Source: Smithella sp. (GTDB lineage Bacteria > Desulfobacterota > Syntrophia > Syntrophales > Smithellaceae). Taken from it: a stretch of DNA of 64,000 bases. The notes beneath the pieces are model-generated. The model searched no databases and was not told the origin of the DNA. It saw only the letters and a list, made by a program, of their open reading frames with translations. The first letter of the stretch is position 1. Each line of letters begins with the position of its first letter. This document shows, piece by piece, positions 49,072-58,280 of this stretch. A program made the translations under genes and the position numbers. The stretch lies in NCBI GenBank assembly GCA_018056685.1, contig JAGPFC010000001.1, positions 132,178-196,177 on the forward strand, in the 5' to 3' direction.

Positions 49072-50010
49072 ATGAAAAAACCAACAAAAGTTGCTGCGGT
49101 TCAGCTTGCCGTACAAATAGGAGACTCAGAAACCAATATCGCCAATTGTGAGCGTCTGGCGCTGCAGGCTGTTCATGATGGCGCAAAATGGATTGCCCTG
49201 CCTGAATTTTTCACTACCGGGGTGAGCTGGAATCCGAAAATCATTGATGCCGTTCAGAATGCAGACGGTGCGGCGGCACATTTTATGAAAGACTTTTCCG
49301 CGAAACATCGGGTGGTGCTGGGAGGATCTTTCCTGAGCCGACTGCCCGACGGTAGTGTACGCAACCGCTATCTGTGCTACGCGGATGGTGCTCTCGTGGG
49401 CAAACACGATAAAGACCTTCCCACCATGTGGGAAAATTATTTCTATGAAGGCGGTGATCTCGACGATACCGGCATTCTCGGTACCTATGACAACACACGC
49501 ATCGGAGCGGCCGTTTGCTGGGAATTCATGCGGACGATGACCGCGCGCCGTCTGCACAATCAGGTTGATGTCATTATCGGCGGTTCGTGCTGGTGGAGCA
49601 TACCTACCAATTTCCCGAAATTTCTCCAGCGTATTTGGGAACCGGAAAATAACCGCAACGCTCTTGAAGCCATTCAGGATAACGCCCGTCTCATAGGCGT
49701 GCCGGTTATTCATGCCGCTCATTGCGGTGAAATTGAATGTCCAATGCCGGGACTGCCGATCAAATACCGGGGGTTTTTCGAGGGCAACGCGGCTATTGTT
49801 GATGCAAATGGCCAAATTCTTGCGAAGCGTGGCGCCGGGGAGGGTGAAGGCATCGTCTGTGCGGAAGTATCGCTCGAAGCGAAAACGACTTCCGGAGACA
49901 TCCCCGATCGATACTGGCTGCGAAGCAGGGGTCTGCTGCCGTTTTTTGCCTGGCATCATCAACGCTGGCTGGGTCGATACTGGTATAGACGTCACGTGCA
50001 CCGGCAATAA
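49072..50010 (+). CDS. carbon-nitrogen hydrolase (nitrilase superfamily)
   Basis: 312 aa; ALPEFF (Glu), GKHDK (Lys), AAVCWEF (Cys) catalytic-triad blocks. Confidence 0.75.
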   Translation: MKKPTKVAAVQLAVQIGDSETNIANCERLALQAVHDGAKWIALPEFFTTGVSWNPKIIDAVQNADGAAAHFMKDFSAKHRVVLGGSFLSRLPDGSVRNRYLCYADGALVGKHDKDLPTMWENYFYEGGDLDDTGILGTYDNTRIGAAVCWEFMRTMTARRLHNQVDVIIGGSCWWSIPTNFPKFLQRIWEPENNRNALEAIQDNARLIGVPVIHAAHCGEIECPMPGLPIKYRGFFEGNAAIVDANGQILAKRGAGEGEGIVCAEVSLEAKTTSGDIPDRYWLRSRGLLPFFAWHHQRWLGRYWYRRHVHRQ

Positions 50011-50078
50011 AAATTACGCTTTTCCAATAATAGATATTCATAGCAAAAAAAATTTTCGAATTTATAAGAATAAAAACT

Positions 50079-50106
50079 TTGACAAAAGCCACTCTGTAGC
50101 TAAAAA
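50079..50106 (+). promoter_or_regulatory. possible sigma-70 promoter (TTGACA-16-TAAAAA)
   Basis: Consensus -35, weak -10. Confidence 0.3.
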
Positions 50107-50162
50107 GAAACTCTAAGGACTGCCAAAAAACATCATCAGATAATATGAAGGGAGAAACATAA

Positions 50163-50930
50163 ATGAAACAATTTGTTCTGACGCCGGCAGCGGGAAAACG
50201 TTTGATCGGCAAGGGAATGGCCCAACATGAAGCGATCAAGAAAGTATTGAAAAAAGGAACTCTTGTCATTATTGCCGGAACCACCAACGGTTATGTAGCA
50301 CAGGAAATTCTGAAAGGCCTTGGCTGTAAAAAAGAATTTCTGCGGGATCACTTCTATCGCGGCATCATTTTGCCGCCCCGCCGCGCGAAAGACACTTTCG
50401 CCGGAAACTATGATGAAAGCAAATTCTTCGGAGACGCGGTGATTACCGATGGCGTGCTTCAAAAAGGTCAAACCATCTTTGGCGTGGTGGATCAATTAAA
50501 GGAGGGAGACGTCATTCTCAAGGGAGCCAACGCCGTCAATTTGTCACAAAGACGGGCAGCGGTTCTGATTGGCGCTCCCAAAGGTGGAACCATCGGTGCT
50601 TCTCTGCCGGCTGTTGTGGGTAGGCGCGTGAGATTAATAATTCCGGTCGGTTTGGAAAAAAGAGTTTATGAAAATATTGATGAAATTGCTGCCCAGATGA
50701 ATGCTCCCGGAGCCAAGGGACCGAGACTTTTGCCCGTTCCGGGAGAAGTCTTCACGGAATTGGACGCCATTGAACTGCTGACCGGCGCAAAGGCTTCCCT
50801 CGTGGCCGCAGGCGGCGTCAGTGGCGCGGAAGGCAGCGTCTGGCTGACCATTAGTGGCAAACCGGCGCAGGAAAAGGCGGCAGAAGCGCTGATTCAATCT
50901 GTCATCAATGAACCGGCGGTGAATTTTTAA
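50163..50930 (+). CDS. conserved hypothetical protein with distant LUD/DUF162-like C-terminal pattern
   Basis: 255 aa; KGANAVN...GG..G...P....[13 protein letters not shown] resembles the GxxGA....tG.......lP..HI.vvGieK block of LutB/LutC; weak. Confidence 0.35.
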   Translation: MKQFVLTPAAGKRLIGKGMAQHEAIKKVLKKGTLVIIAGTTNGYVAQEILKGLGCKKEFLRDHFYRGIILPPRRAKDTFAGNYDESKFFGDAVITDGVLQKGQTIFGVVDQLKEGDVILKGANAVNLSQRRAAVLIGAPKGGTIGASLPAVVGRRVRLIIPVGLEKRVYENIDEIAAQMNAPGAKGPRLLPVPGEVFTELDAIELLTGAKASLVAAGGVSGAEGSVWLTISGKPAQEKAAEALIQSVINEPAVNF

Positions 50931-50932
50931 AA

Positions 50933-51589
50933 ATGCAGGACCATCAAATCAACGACGTTATCAAAATTTTAAAAAAAGAACTGGCCGTGGGGACGATGCC
51001 AATCGTTTCGCATCTGGCGGAGAACCAGCGCAACCCGTTTGTCATTTTAATTTCCACGCTGCTGAGCCTGCGGACAAAAGACGAAGTTACGGCTGTGGCC
51101 ACCGAAAGGCTCTTTGAGCTTGCCTCCACGCCGGAAGAAATGCTGAAAGTTCCCCTGGATAAAATCGCTAAAACCATTTTCCCGGTTGGTTTTTACCGCG
51201 TCAAAGCAAAAAATATTCATCACACCTGCCGGGAGTTGATCAAACGTTTTGATTCGAAAGTGCCGGACGACATCGATACCCTGTTAACCATTAAAGGCGT
51301 GGGACGCAAAACAGCCAATCTCGTCGTATCGCTCGCCTATGGAAAAGATGCTATCTGCGTTGATACCCATGTGCACAGAATTTCCAACCGCCTTGGTTAT
51401 GTAAAAACAAAAACGCCGGATGAGACGGAATTTGCTCTCAGGGAAAAACTGCCGCGGCGTCATTGGATTATTTACAACACCATCCTGGTGGCCTTCGGCC
51501 GGAAAACCTGCAAACCGGTTTCGCCTCTTTGCAGTCAGTGCCCGGTAAATAAGTATTGTGATCGAATCGGCGTTACCTTGAGCCGGTAA
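50933..51589 (+). CDS. nth: endonuclease III (DNA glycosylase/AP lyase)
   Basis: HhH LLTIKGVGRKTANLV, catalytic Lys/Asp context, C-x6-C-x2-C-x5-C cluster CKPVSPLCSQCPVNKYC. Confidence 0.9.
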   Translation: MQDHQINDVIKILKKELAVGTMPIVSHLAENQRNPFVILISTLLSLRTKDEVTAVATERLFELASTPEEMLKVPLDKIAKTIFPVGFYRVKAKNIHHTCRELIKRFDSKVPDDIDTLLTIKGVGRKTANLVVSLAYGKDAICVDTHVHRISNRLGYVKTKTPDETEFALREKLPRRHWIIYNTILVAFGRKTCKPVSPLCSQCPVNKYCDRIGVTLSR

Positions 51590-51777
51590 GTTGCTTTGAA
51601 CAGAATTTGCCATTGCGGTGAGTATCAAAAAATGACTGAAGGCTACAGTTTTTCTATTCTGAATTTATGCCAGATTGCAACCAATTATCGCTCATCAACT
51701 CAATGACTTGATTGGACTTTCTGTGTCAATTCCAGTATAAACCAATATAGATAATCTTAGAGGAAGATGAATTAATC

Positions 51778-52665
51778 ATGGCTGTTCAATTGGGTAAGAT
51801 TCGTTTTATATGCGGTGATAACGGCGGCAAATATCCTTTTAATCATTCCGTGTATCTGGAAGGCAAGGATTGCCGGGTGGTCATCGATCCGTCTTGCGGA
51901 TTGCAAAAACTGACGGACCTTCAACAAAATGATGGCGTTGATCAGGTCTGGATGTCGCACTGGCATGAAGATCACATGGGATTTTTAAATCTTTTTGACG
52001 GTTGTACGCTGCGAATCTCCGAACGCGATTTCCCGCCTTTGACCGATATGGAGATATTTTTAGACTGGTACAATATTCGTGAAAAAGAATTTCGCGAACT
52101 CTGGAAAAACATCATGCTCAATAGCTTCAACTATCGCCCGCAAAAGGAAGCTTTGTTTCTTCAGGATGATTCCGTCATTGATCTTGGGTTGCTCAAAGTT
52201 CAGGTCATTGCCACGCCCGGTCATACGCCGGGGCATCTTTCTTTTTTCTTTCCGGATGAAGAGATTCTTTTTCTCGGTGATTATGATTTAACAACATTCG
52301 GTCCCTGGTATGGAGATCTCTATTCCAGCATTGAACAAACAATCGATTCCATTCACCGGCTTAAATCCATTCCTGCCCGCCGGTGGATTGCCTCTCATAA
52401 CACGGGTCTTTTTCAGGAAAATCCGGGAAACCTCTGGGATGATTATGAAAACGTCATCTATCAGCGCGAAGAGAAGATTGTGAATTTTCTCAAAGAACCC
52501 AAAACGCTGGAAGACATTCTGGCTGCATGGCTGATGTATGGCAAGCCACGGGAACCCAAAGAATTTTTTGAATTCAACGAGCGGGCGCTTATCATGAAAC
52601 ATATTGATTACTTAGAGAGGCATGGGAAAATTACGCTGCATAGAAACAAATATGTCAGAATCTGA
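51778..52665 (+). CDS. metallo-beta-lactamase fold hydrolase
   Basis: 295 aa; HWHEDH, TPGHTPGH motifs. Confidence 0.75.
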   Translation: MAVQLGKIRFICGDNGGKYPFNHSVYLEGKDCRVVIDPSCGLQKLTDLQQNDGVDQVWMSHWHEDHMGFLNLFDGCTLRISERDFPPLTDMEIFLDWYNIREKEFRELWKNIMLNSFNYRPQKEALFLQDDSVIDLGLLKVQVIATPGHTPGHLSFFFPDEEILFLGDYDLTTFGPWYGDLYSSIEQTIDSIHRLKSIPARRWIASHNTGLFQENPGNLWDDYENVIYQREEKIVNFLKEPKTLEDILAAWLMYGKPREPKEFFEFNERALIMKHIDYLERHGKITLHRNKYVRI

Positions 52666-52779
52666 TTGATCGGGATCAAATTCTTAAAATAACTACGGAA
52701 AGAAAAAAGTTGACTAGCCCATACCGTTTTGGTATTGTCCCACCCGCTTTAGAAAATAAACATTTAAAAGAGAAACATT

Positions 52780-53199
52780 ATGTACGCATTATTAACTATT
52801 TTACACATTTTAGTTTGCTTTGTCCTGATTACGGTTGTACTCCTGCAGGCAGGCAAAGGCGCCAATATGGGGGCGGCATTTGGTGGCTCCAGTCAGACGG
52901 TTTTCGGTTCAACCGGAGCCGGCACGTTTTTGGGCAAATTGACGGCCGGTGTTGCAGTGGTCTTTATGCTGACATCCCTGACGCTTACGTATATGTCGGC
53001 CCACAGAAGCTCATCTTCTTTGATGGAACAAAAGAAAATGCCCGCTGCTGAGCAGACCATTCCTGTGAAAATACCGAATGCGGCCCAAACAACGATTCCT
53101 GTAACCGGCATTCCTGAGGGGGCAAAAGTTCCGATTCCTACAGCCAGTCCGGAAGCAGCAAAAACACCCGCAACACTTCCCGCACCGGCAAGCAAGTAA
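52780..53199 (+). CDS. secG: preprotein translocase subunit SecG with Pro/Ala-rich C-terminal extension
   Basis: N-terminal 75 aa colinear with SecG (LLQAGKGANMGAAFGG...STGAGTFL). Confidence 0.85.
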   Translation: MYALLTILHILVCFVLITVVLLQAGKGANMGAAFGGSSQTVFGSTGAGTFLGKLTAGVAVVFMLTSLTLTYMSAHRSSSSLMEQKKMPAAEQTIPVKIPNAAQTTIPVTGIPEGAKVPIPTASPEAAKTPATLPAPASK

Positions 53200-53285
53200 G
53201 AGTTCTTTTACATTGGGATTTCCGCAGCCAAAAGTCGAAGGTCATGAACAGGGTGCGGGATTAAAAAATATTTGATTTTATGGAT

Positions 53286-53371
53286 GCCGAAGTGGTGGAA
53301 CTGGTAGACACGCTATCTTGAGGGGGTAGTGGGCACCGCCCGTCCGAGTTCAAGTCTCGGCTTCGGCACCA
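53286..53371 (+). tRNA. tRNA-Leu (anticodon GAG), class II with long variable arm, encoded CCA
   Basis: Acceptor GCCGAAG/CTTCGGC, anticodon arm CTATC-TTGAGGG-GGTAG, T arm CCGAG-TTCAAGT-CTCGG; closely resembles E. coli leuU. Confidence 0.93.
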
Positions 53372-53382
53372 TTAAGAAAGAC

Positions 53383-53424
53383 AGAGGGTGAGCTGATTGA
53401 TCAGTTGACCCTCTTGCTGTTTTG
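53383..53424 (+). terminator. terminator after tRNA-Leu
   Basis: agagggt...accctct stem with inner palindrome ctgattgatcag, followed by tgctgtttt. Confidence 0.6.
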
Positions 53425-53485
53425 GCAACAGGCCGATTACCTCTCGATCATTCCATAACAAATCAATTTCTGTCATAAGATTGTA

Positions 53486-53514
53486 TTGACATCCAGAGCC
53501 GTGATTTCTATAGT
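53486..53514 (+). promoter_or_regulatory. sigma-70 promoter of the FAD oxidase gene (TTGACA-17-TATAGT)
   Basis: TTGACA tccagagccgtgatttc TATAGT read directly. Confidence 0.55.
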
Positions 53515-53543
53515 CCGGTCAGTTCACAATATCGGGTAGAAAA

Positions 53544-55034
53544 ATGATTGTTAAATATCATCGGGATGAATTTCAGAATTATCTTTCCGATGCGTCCAAT
53601 TATCAGGGCACAGCCGATGCCGTTTATTTGCCGGCAAACGAGCAGGAATTAATCACATTAATAAAAAAGATTAATGCTGAAAAAACCAGAATAACAATTT
53701 CCGGTAACGGAACAGGACTGACCGGCGCGCGCGTTCCCGAGGGCGGTGTTGTAATTTCCTTGGAAAAGATGAACAGGATCATTGAATGCAATGAAATTGA
53801 AAAATATCTGTGTGTCCAGTCCGGGATGATCTTGAAAGATCTTCAGGATTATGTGGAAGAAAAAAAATTCTTTTATCCTCCTGATCCGACGGAGAGAAAC
53901 TGTTTCATTGGCGCAACGGTTGCCACCAATTCTTCGGGAGCCCGCAGTTTTCAATACGGGCCAACAAGGGATTATGTCATCGGGATGAGGGTTGTTCTGG
54001 CGTCAGGTGAAACACTTTCCATCGAACGGGGACAAATCATGGCGTCTGCATTCACCTTTTCTTTTTTTACAGATCAGGGAACAAAACATGAATTGACGAT
54101 TCCTCGGTTTCAAATGCCTGACGCGAAAAACGCTTCCGGCTATTATTGCAAAGCCAATATGGATTTGATGGATTTGTTTATCGGCAGCGAAGGAACGCTG
54201 GGGATTATTACCGAATTAAAACTCAGGTTGCTGCCCCTGCCAGAAAACATTCTTTCCTGCGTCGTATTTTTCAGTCATGAAGAAGACGCGCTTAATTTCA
54301 TTGATGAAGCCCGCATGATTACAACGTCAGAGGCATCCATCGACAAAAAGCATATTTCAGCGCGGGGATTGGAATTTTTCAATACGTCTGCCTTAGACTT
54401 TCTTCGTCCGGATTACCCGGCCATTCCCCCAAACACCTGTGCTGTCTGGTTTGAGCAGGAGTTGACAGACCGTGAGGATGACATAACCGCCGCCTGGCTG
54501 GAATTAATGCTCAAACATCATGCCGATGCGGAAACGGCCTGGCTGGCCGTTACGCACAAAGAACGGGAGAAGTTCAAGGATTTCCGCCACGCGATTTCCT
54601 GGAAAGTCAATGATTACGTTACCCGTCGTGGATTAAGGAAGGTCGGAACAGACGTTGCCGTTCCGCTGGAATCGTTTCGGTCATTTTACCAATGGATGAT
54701 TCGTCTTGTGGCACAAAATCATATAGCCTATGTGGTGTACGGCCATTTCGGTAACTGCCATCCGCACCTGAATATGCTGCCGGAAAATCAAAATGATTTT
54801 ATAAGAACGAAAAAAATATACACTGAAATCTGCGTTGAAGCCGTTCGCCGGAAAGGAACAGTTTCCGCGGAACACGGAATAGGCAAGATGAAACGGGACT
54901 ATCTGCTGATGATGTATGGCGAAGACGTTATTCGTGACATGGCCGGATTAAAGCTTGTTTTTGATCCCGACAGAATCTTAAATATCGGAAACCTGTTTGA
55001 AGAAAAATATCTTCTTCAATCTAAACAGGATTAA
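53544..55034 (+). CDS. FAD-binding oxidoreductase (GlcD / D-lactate dehydrogenase-like)
   Basis: 496 aa; FAD_binding_4-type N-terminus (ITISGNGTGLTGA), C-terminal GTVSAEHGIG block. Confidence 0.75.
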   Translation: MIVKYHRDEFQNYLSDASNYQGTADAVYLPANEQELITLIKKINAEKTRITISGNGTGLTGARVPEGGVVISLEKMNRIIECNEIEKYLCVQSGMILKDLQDYVEEKKFFYPPDPTERNCFIGATVATNSSGARSFQYGPTRDYVIGMRVVLASGETLSIERGQIMASAFTFSFFTDQGTKHELTIPRFQMPDAKNASGYYCKANMDLMDLFIGSEGTLGIITELKLRLLPLPENILSCVVFFSHEEDALNFIDEARMITTSEASIDKKHISARGLEFFNTSALDFLRPDYPAIPPNTCAVWFEQELTDREDDITAAWLELMLKHHADAETAWLAVTHKEREKFKDFRHAISWKVNDYVTRRGLRKVGTDVAVPLESFRSFYQWMIRLVAQNHIAYVVYGHFGNCHPHLNMLPENQNDFIRTKKIYTEICVEAVRRKGTVSAEHGIGKMKRDYLLMMYGEDVIRDMAGLKLVFDPDRILNIGNLFEEKYLLQSKQD

Positions 55035-55061
55035 TTACATTTTGCATAGATCAGGATGGCG

Positions 55062-55835
55062 TCAGATGTTCATGTATGTTTTTTGAACTTCATCCTGTCC
55101 GTATTTGTTTTCCAGTCGCCGGATAATAAAATGTCCCCTGGCCGTATTCTGAAAATGATCCATGAAAATCGAATTGATTAAAGCGCCGCCTGCGGCTCCG
55201 ATCACCGGAACGGCTGATGCCGCCGCTTTCTGTGAGACGGTTGTTCCAAATCGGGAGGCAATAGCTGCGATAAATCTTACCAGCGCCGGCGAACCTTCCT
55301 CGGCAATACCCCTTTCAACGATGTATTTTGCCGCCTCGGATACCTGCTTGGCCAACAGCGCTTTTACGGCAAAGTATCCGCTCTCGGCGGCATTATCTTT
55401 ATCTGAAGTGCCTCCCAGAGCAAAGACCTCCAGACAGGCCAGTTTTGTTTCTATGTTCCTGATATCTTCACCTTCGCTCCTCGCAATATCGGCAATGGAG
55501 CGAAACATAATGACTGTCGTTACCGGTAACTCAACGGTCAGGGCGGGCAAACCAAAGGCGCCCCCGATGCCGCCAGATGTTACAACCAGGAGCTTGTGCA
55601 GAATATCTTTGGAGGAATTCCGGTCGTTATGATCAATGGTTTTGATGGCAACATCCAGCGCGTATCGCAGGGATTTCTGCGTGGCCGCCTGGATGGCTCC
55701 GGTCCATTTTTCCGGCAGGTAATCAAAAGCTTTCTCAAACGGCATACCGATAATATTCGTCAGTCTGGCGGCCAGGCCGGGATTTTCCAGAAGTTCCTTC
55801 GCGTATTTTAAGCTTTCAATATCTGTATGTGTCAT
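55062..55835 (-). CDS. EcsC-family protein
   Basis: Start set at MTHTDIESL, because the tracked N-terminal extension (to 55913) overlaps the upstream terminator hairpin; the family call is by eye. Confidence 0.55.
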   Translation of the reverse strand: MTHTDIESLKYAKELLENPGLAARLTNIIGMPFEKAFDYLPEKWTGAIQAATQKSLRYALDVAIKTIDHNDRNSSKDILHKLLVVTSGGIGGAFGLPALTVELPVTTVIMFRSIADIARSEGEDIRNIETKLACLEVFALGGTSDKDNAAESGYFAVKALLAKQVSEAAKYIVERGIAEEGSPALVRFIAAIASRFGTTVSQKAAASAVPVIGAAGGALINSIFMDHFQNTARGHFIIRRLENKYGQDEVQKTYMNI

Positions 55836-55861
55836 GTTTGTGTATAATTTAATCCTCAATA

Positions 55862-55895
55862 GAAACCCCCTCAAGGTATGGAGGCCTTGAGGGGG
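55862..55895 (-). terminator. terminator of the small membrane-protein gene
   Basis: ccccctcaagg/ccttgaggggg 11-bp stem; on the minus strand followed by tttct. Confidence 0.7.
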
Positions 55896-55968
55896 CATAT
55901 TATAGCAGATCATTTGTTTTTTTGAACGGAGTTTCCACTCCTTTTGCCTGATGATCCTGTTTCAGTGT

Positions 55969-56244
55969 TTAGCTGACGATCGTCTTGACAACATCAATCA
56001 CCGGGTTGGTGAAAAGAGCCATCAGCACGGCATACAGGGCGAACACACCGACCACCTCGCCGACATACATCTTTTCATATTTACGTTTCAGAGAAACCAG
56101 AATCAACCCGCCGACAATCAGGCATCCCAACTGGAAGAAGGGGAAATTGGTCGTTCCGGCTGCCGCGTATTCAGCAAAGCTGAAAGTTGCCGTAATCATA
56201 ATAACCGCCGCTGCTACAATGATTGTTCCTAATGTTTTTTTCAT
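55969..56244 (-). CDS. small exported two-TM protein (pilin-like topology), unknown function
   Basis: 91 aa; signal peptide ending SFA|EY and two hydrophobic helices; SD aaggagg. Confidence 0.45.
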   Translation of the reverse strand: MKKTLGTIIVAAAVIMITATFSFAEYAAAGTTNFPFFQLGCLIVGGLILVSLKRKYEKMYVGEVVGVFALYAVLMALFTNPVIDVVKTIVS

Positions 56245-56294
56245 GATCTGTTACCTCCTTGGGGTAATTTGTTTGTTGATTTGCCTTTATATAA

Positions 56295-56310
56295 TGAAAA
56301 TACCGTGCCA
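56295..56310 (-). promoter_or_regulatory. weak sigma-54-like element TGGCAC-ggtat-TTTCA
   Basis: Perfect -24 TGGCACG, but -12 reads TTTCA (lacks the G of GC). Confidence 0.25.
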
Positions 56311-56519
56311 GATCACTCACCTGAAGACCATATTCTTTTATCTTATTGAAATATAAGGATAAAAAATTGATATTCCCTATGGCAGCGCAAGCCGTAAATC
56401 AACTTTCTATTCTTTGTTTGCAATGAAACGTGCAAACCACTGAATGAAACGTTGAAATTAAAACAAAGTTGCTGGCCGGTTCGGATGAGAAGACTTTATA
56501 CACGGAATCTTATTTCTCA

Positions 56520-56548
56520 TTGACAGTGAAAACGATAAAGATTAAATT
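56520..56548 (+). promoter_or_regulatory. candidate sigma-70 promoter of PilZ gene 1 (TTGACA-17-TAAATT)
   Basis: Read directly; implies a leader of about 210 nt. Confidence 0.4.
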
Positions 56549-56766
56549 ATTATCAGTAGTATGCTTGTTAATCTGTTAATCCTTTAACCAAACTGTCAAA
56601 TTTTTGGTGTGCATCGTGAAAAGGCGTTTTTATCATTTGCCTGTTTTACGGTTTCCGCGAAGGTACTTGTACCTTTTTGTGAATCCATCATTTTACCTGA
56701 ATGATTCCCGACAATTAATTTTACCGGCAAATAATTCCACCTGATGCACTGAAAGGAGGTAAAAAG

Positions 56767-57141
56767 ATGCCCGGCATTAAGAATGAAAGAAGAAGGGAAA
56801 GGCGGTTGGAGGATTTCAACGAAATAACTTTATCTGTAATTTCTGAAGAAAAATATCTTCCGGAAGATAAAATTTTCTATAATTACAGCAGGGACATTTC
56901 TGAGTCCGGTGTGAGAATTTACACCGATAGTTTTTTACCGGTTGATACATTGCTCAGGATAGAAATGAAATTAAAAAATTTTCGTCACATGATCACCACG
57001 CCGGGCAAGGTAAAATGGGTGAAAATCATCTCTTCCGGCGGGTACTGTGAGGCTGGCGTTGAATTCCTCAACACACCGGCCAGGGCGATGAATACGCTTG
57101 ATATTTATAACTCGTGGATGAGTATGCTTTATCCGGCTTAG
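56767..57141 (+). CDS. PilZ-domain c-di-GMP receptor (paralogue 1)
   Basis: 124 aa; RRRERR (RxxxR) and DISESG (D/NxSxxG) motifs. Confidence 0.8.
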   Translation: MPGIKNERRRERRLEDFNEITLSVISEEKYLPEDKIFYNYSRDISESGVRIYTDSFLPVDTLLRIEMKLKNFRHMITTPGKVKWVKIISSGGYCEAGVEFLNTPARAMNTLDIYNSWMSMLYPA

Positions 57142-57148
57142 GCACGCG

Positions 57149-57244
57149 CCGATAGAAGAGGGAGCAAGATATGAAAAGGACCTGGCGGCAGTTGTCAAAG
57201 AGGGGGCGTCCCCGGAGGCATCCGTCTTCTATCGGAGTTTTCTG
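57149..57244 (+). terminator. long inverted repeat (11-bp arms CCGATAGAAGA / TCTTCTATCGG, 65-nt interior) followed by a U run
   Basis: Arms at 57149-57159 and 57225-57235, then agttttctg. Confidence 0.35.
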
Positions 57245-57268
57245 CATGTTGTTCAATCAGGGGGAATC

Positions 57269-57291
57269 ATTGATTGATTGATTGATTGATT
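57269..57291. repeat. tetranucleotide microsatellite (ATTG)5 plus ATT
   Basis: Read directly; 37 nt upstream of the PilZ-2 ATG. Confidence 0.95.
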
Positions 57292-57327
57292 CAACAAAAT
57301 GTTTTGCTCAAATAGAAGGAGGTTAAT

Positions 57328-57711
57328 ATGCCTGACATGATGAACGAAAGACGAAGAGAGAGAAGACTCGATGCGTTTCACGATATCACGATATCCGTTA
57401 TCTCCGCCGTAAACGATCTTCCGAATCATCCGATTTTCTATAATTATTGTGATGATATTTCCGCGTCCGGTACCAGAATTCACGCCAATCGTTTTTTACC
57501 TGTCGATACGTTGCTCCAATTGGATATCATATTTGAAAATATGCAACAAATGTTGACGACAAGGGCAAAAGTAAAATGGTCGAAAGTTGTCAATCGCGAC
57601 AGATCTTGCGAGGCGGGTGTGCAATTCTCTCCACCCAGTGTCATTACCCATATACATATGATGCCTCTCCCCTATTTATATGCGGAGGCGATGAGACATC
57701 TATATGCATGA
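57328..57711 (+). CDS. PilZ-domain c-di-GMP receptor (paralogue 2)
   Basis: 127 aa; RRRERR and DISASG motifs; SD gaaggagg. Confidence 0.8.
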   Translation: MPDMMNERRRERRLDAFHDITISVISAVNDLPNHPIFYNYCDDISASGTRIHANRFLPVDTLLQLDIIFENMQQMLTTRAKVKWSKVVNRDRSCEAGVQFSPPSVITHIHMMPLPYLYAEAMRHLYA

Positions 57712-57865
57712 CCGCAATCAGACAAGGTAATCTTTTCAAATCAAAGGAGGCAAAAACGGTATCTTATTGAAGCATCCTGATAAATCATTGAAAATGGTTT
57801 CTTTCCATGTCCTCTTGCAATCTGTTTTTTCACGTATTACTGTTTAGGCTAAAAAGGCAATCGTT

Positions 57866-58183
57866 ATGGACTGGAAAAATTGGAAACCATTTCAATCTAA
57901 AGAAGTAAAAGACATCTGCAACCATCTGACGGAACAGGAAAAGATGGAGGTTGAATCCTTTTTGAAAATAACCGGTCTGATGTTTGCGATTTTTATTGTC
58001 TTCCCAATCACCTTCGGAATCCTGATTATCATACCGTCGAAATCTTCTTCTCTAATCAGTGTCTTCATCATCTGGATCAACATGGGAACGATTATTCTTC
58101 TGTACAGATACAAAAAATTCAAAAAACTGCTTTGCTCAACACTTTGGGCAAAATCTCAAAATTACACTCCGGACAAGATATAG
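57866..58183 (+). CDS. small two-TM membrane protein, unknown function
   Basis: 105-aa ORF with two hydrophobic helices; no recognisable motif. Confidence 0.35.
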   Translation: MDWKNWKPFQSKEVKDICNHLTEQEKMEVESFLKITGLMFAIFIVFPITFGILIIIPSKSSSLISVFIIWINMGTIILLYRYKKFKKLLCSTLWAKSQNYTPDKI

Positions 58184-58280
58184 GGATGACAACCGGACTC
58201 CCTAAACAAAAAGCGGGAAATATCCGCATAGATATTTCCCGCCGACAATGTCTCAATTTTAACAGGGCGATGAACTGACC

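Noticed and set aside
49126-50007. 293-aa minus-strand ORF
   Set aside because: It is antisense to the carbon-nitrogen hydrolase gene, which has the Glu-Lys-Cys triad blocks. It has no SD and no motifs.
55836-55913. N-terminal extension of the EcsC-family ORF. Similar extensions occur at 10506-10610, 20661-20765 and 10276-10353
   Set aside because: These extensions overlap an upstream terminator hairpin or a promoter, lack an SD, and precede a better-placed Met with an SD or a signal peptide. The starts were moved accordingly.
53286-56244. Genomic island integrated at tRNA-Leu
   Set aside because: I found no integrase or recombinase, no direct repeat of the tRNA 3' end downstream, and the downstream genes look like ordinary metabolic genes with native-style promoters.
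56555-56766. c-di-GMP riboswitch in the ~210-nt leader of PilZ gene 1
   Set aside because: I could not find GEMM-I or GEMM-II signature sequences (GGCAAACC / ACGCAAAGC type blocks or the pseudoknot). The only terminator-like hairpin, around 56660-56678, has a 5-bp stem. An Infernal scan would be needed to reopen this.
57171-57281. 36-codon Arg-rich mini-ORF between the PilZ genes. A similar 35-codon ORF lies at 21188-21295
   Set aside because: Their basic composition follows from translating GC-rich hairpin arms (CCCCGC/GCGGGG type). I have no conservation evidence. The PilZ-spacer ORF is mentioned in a finding only because it has a good SD.
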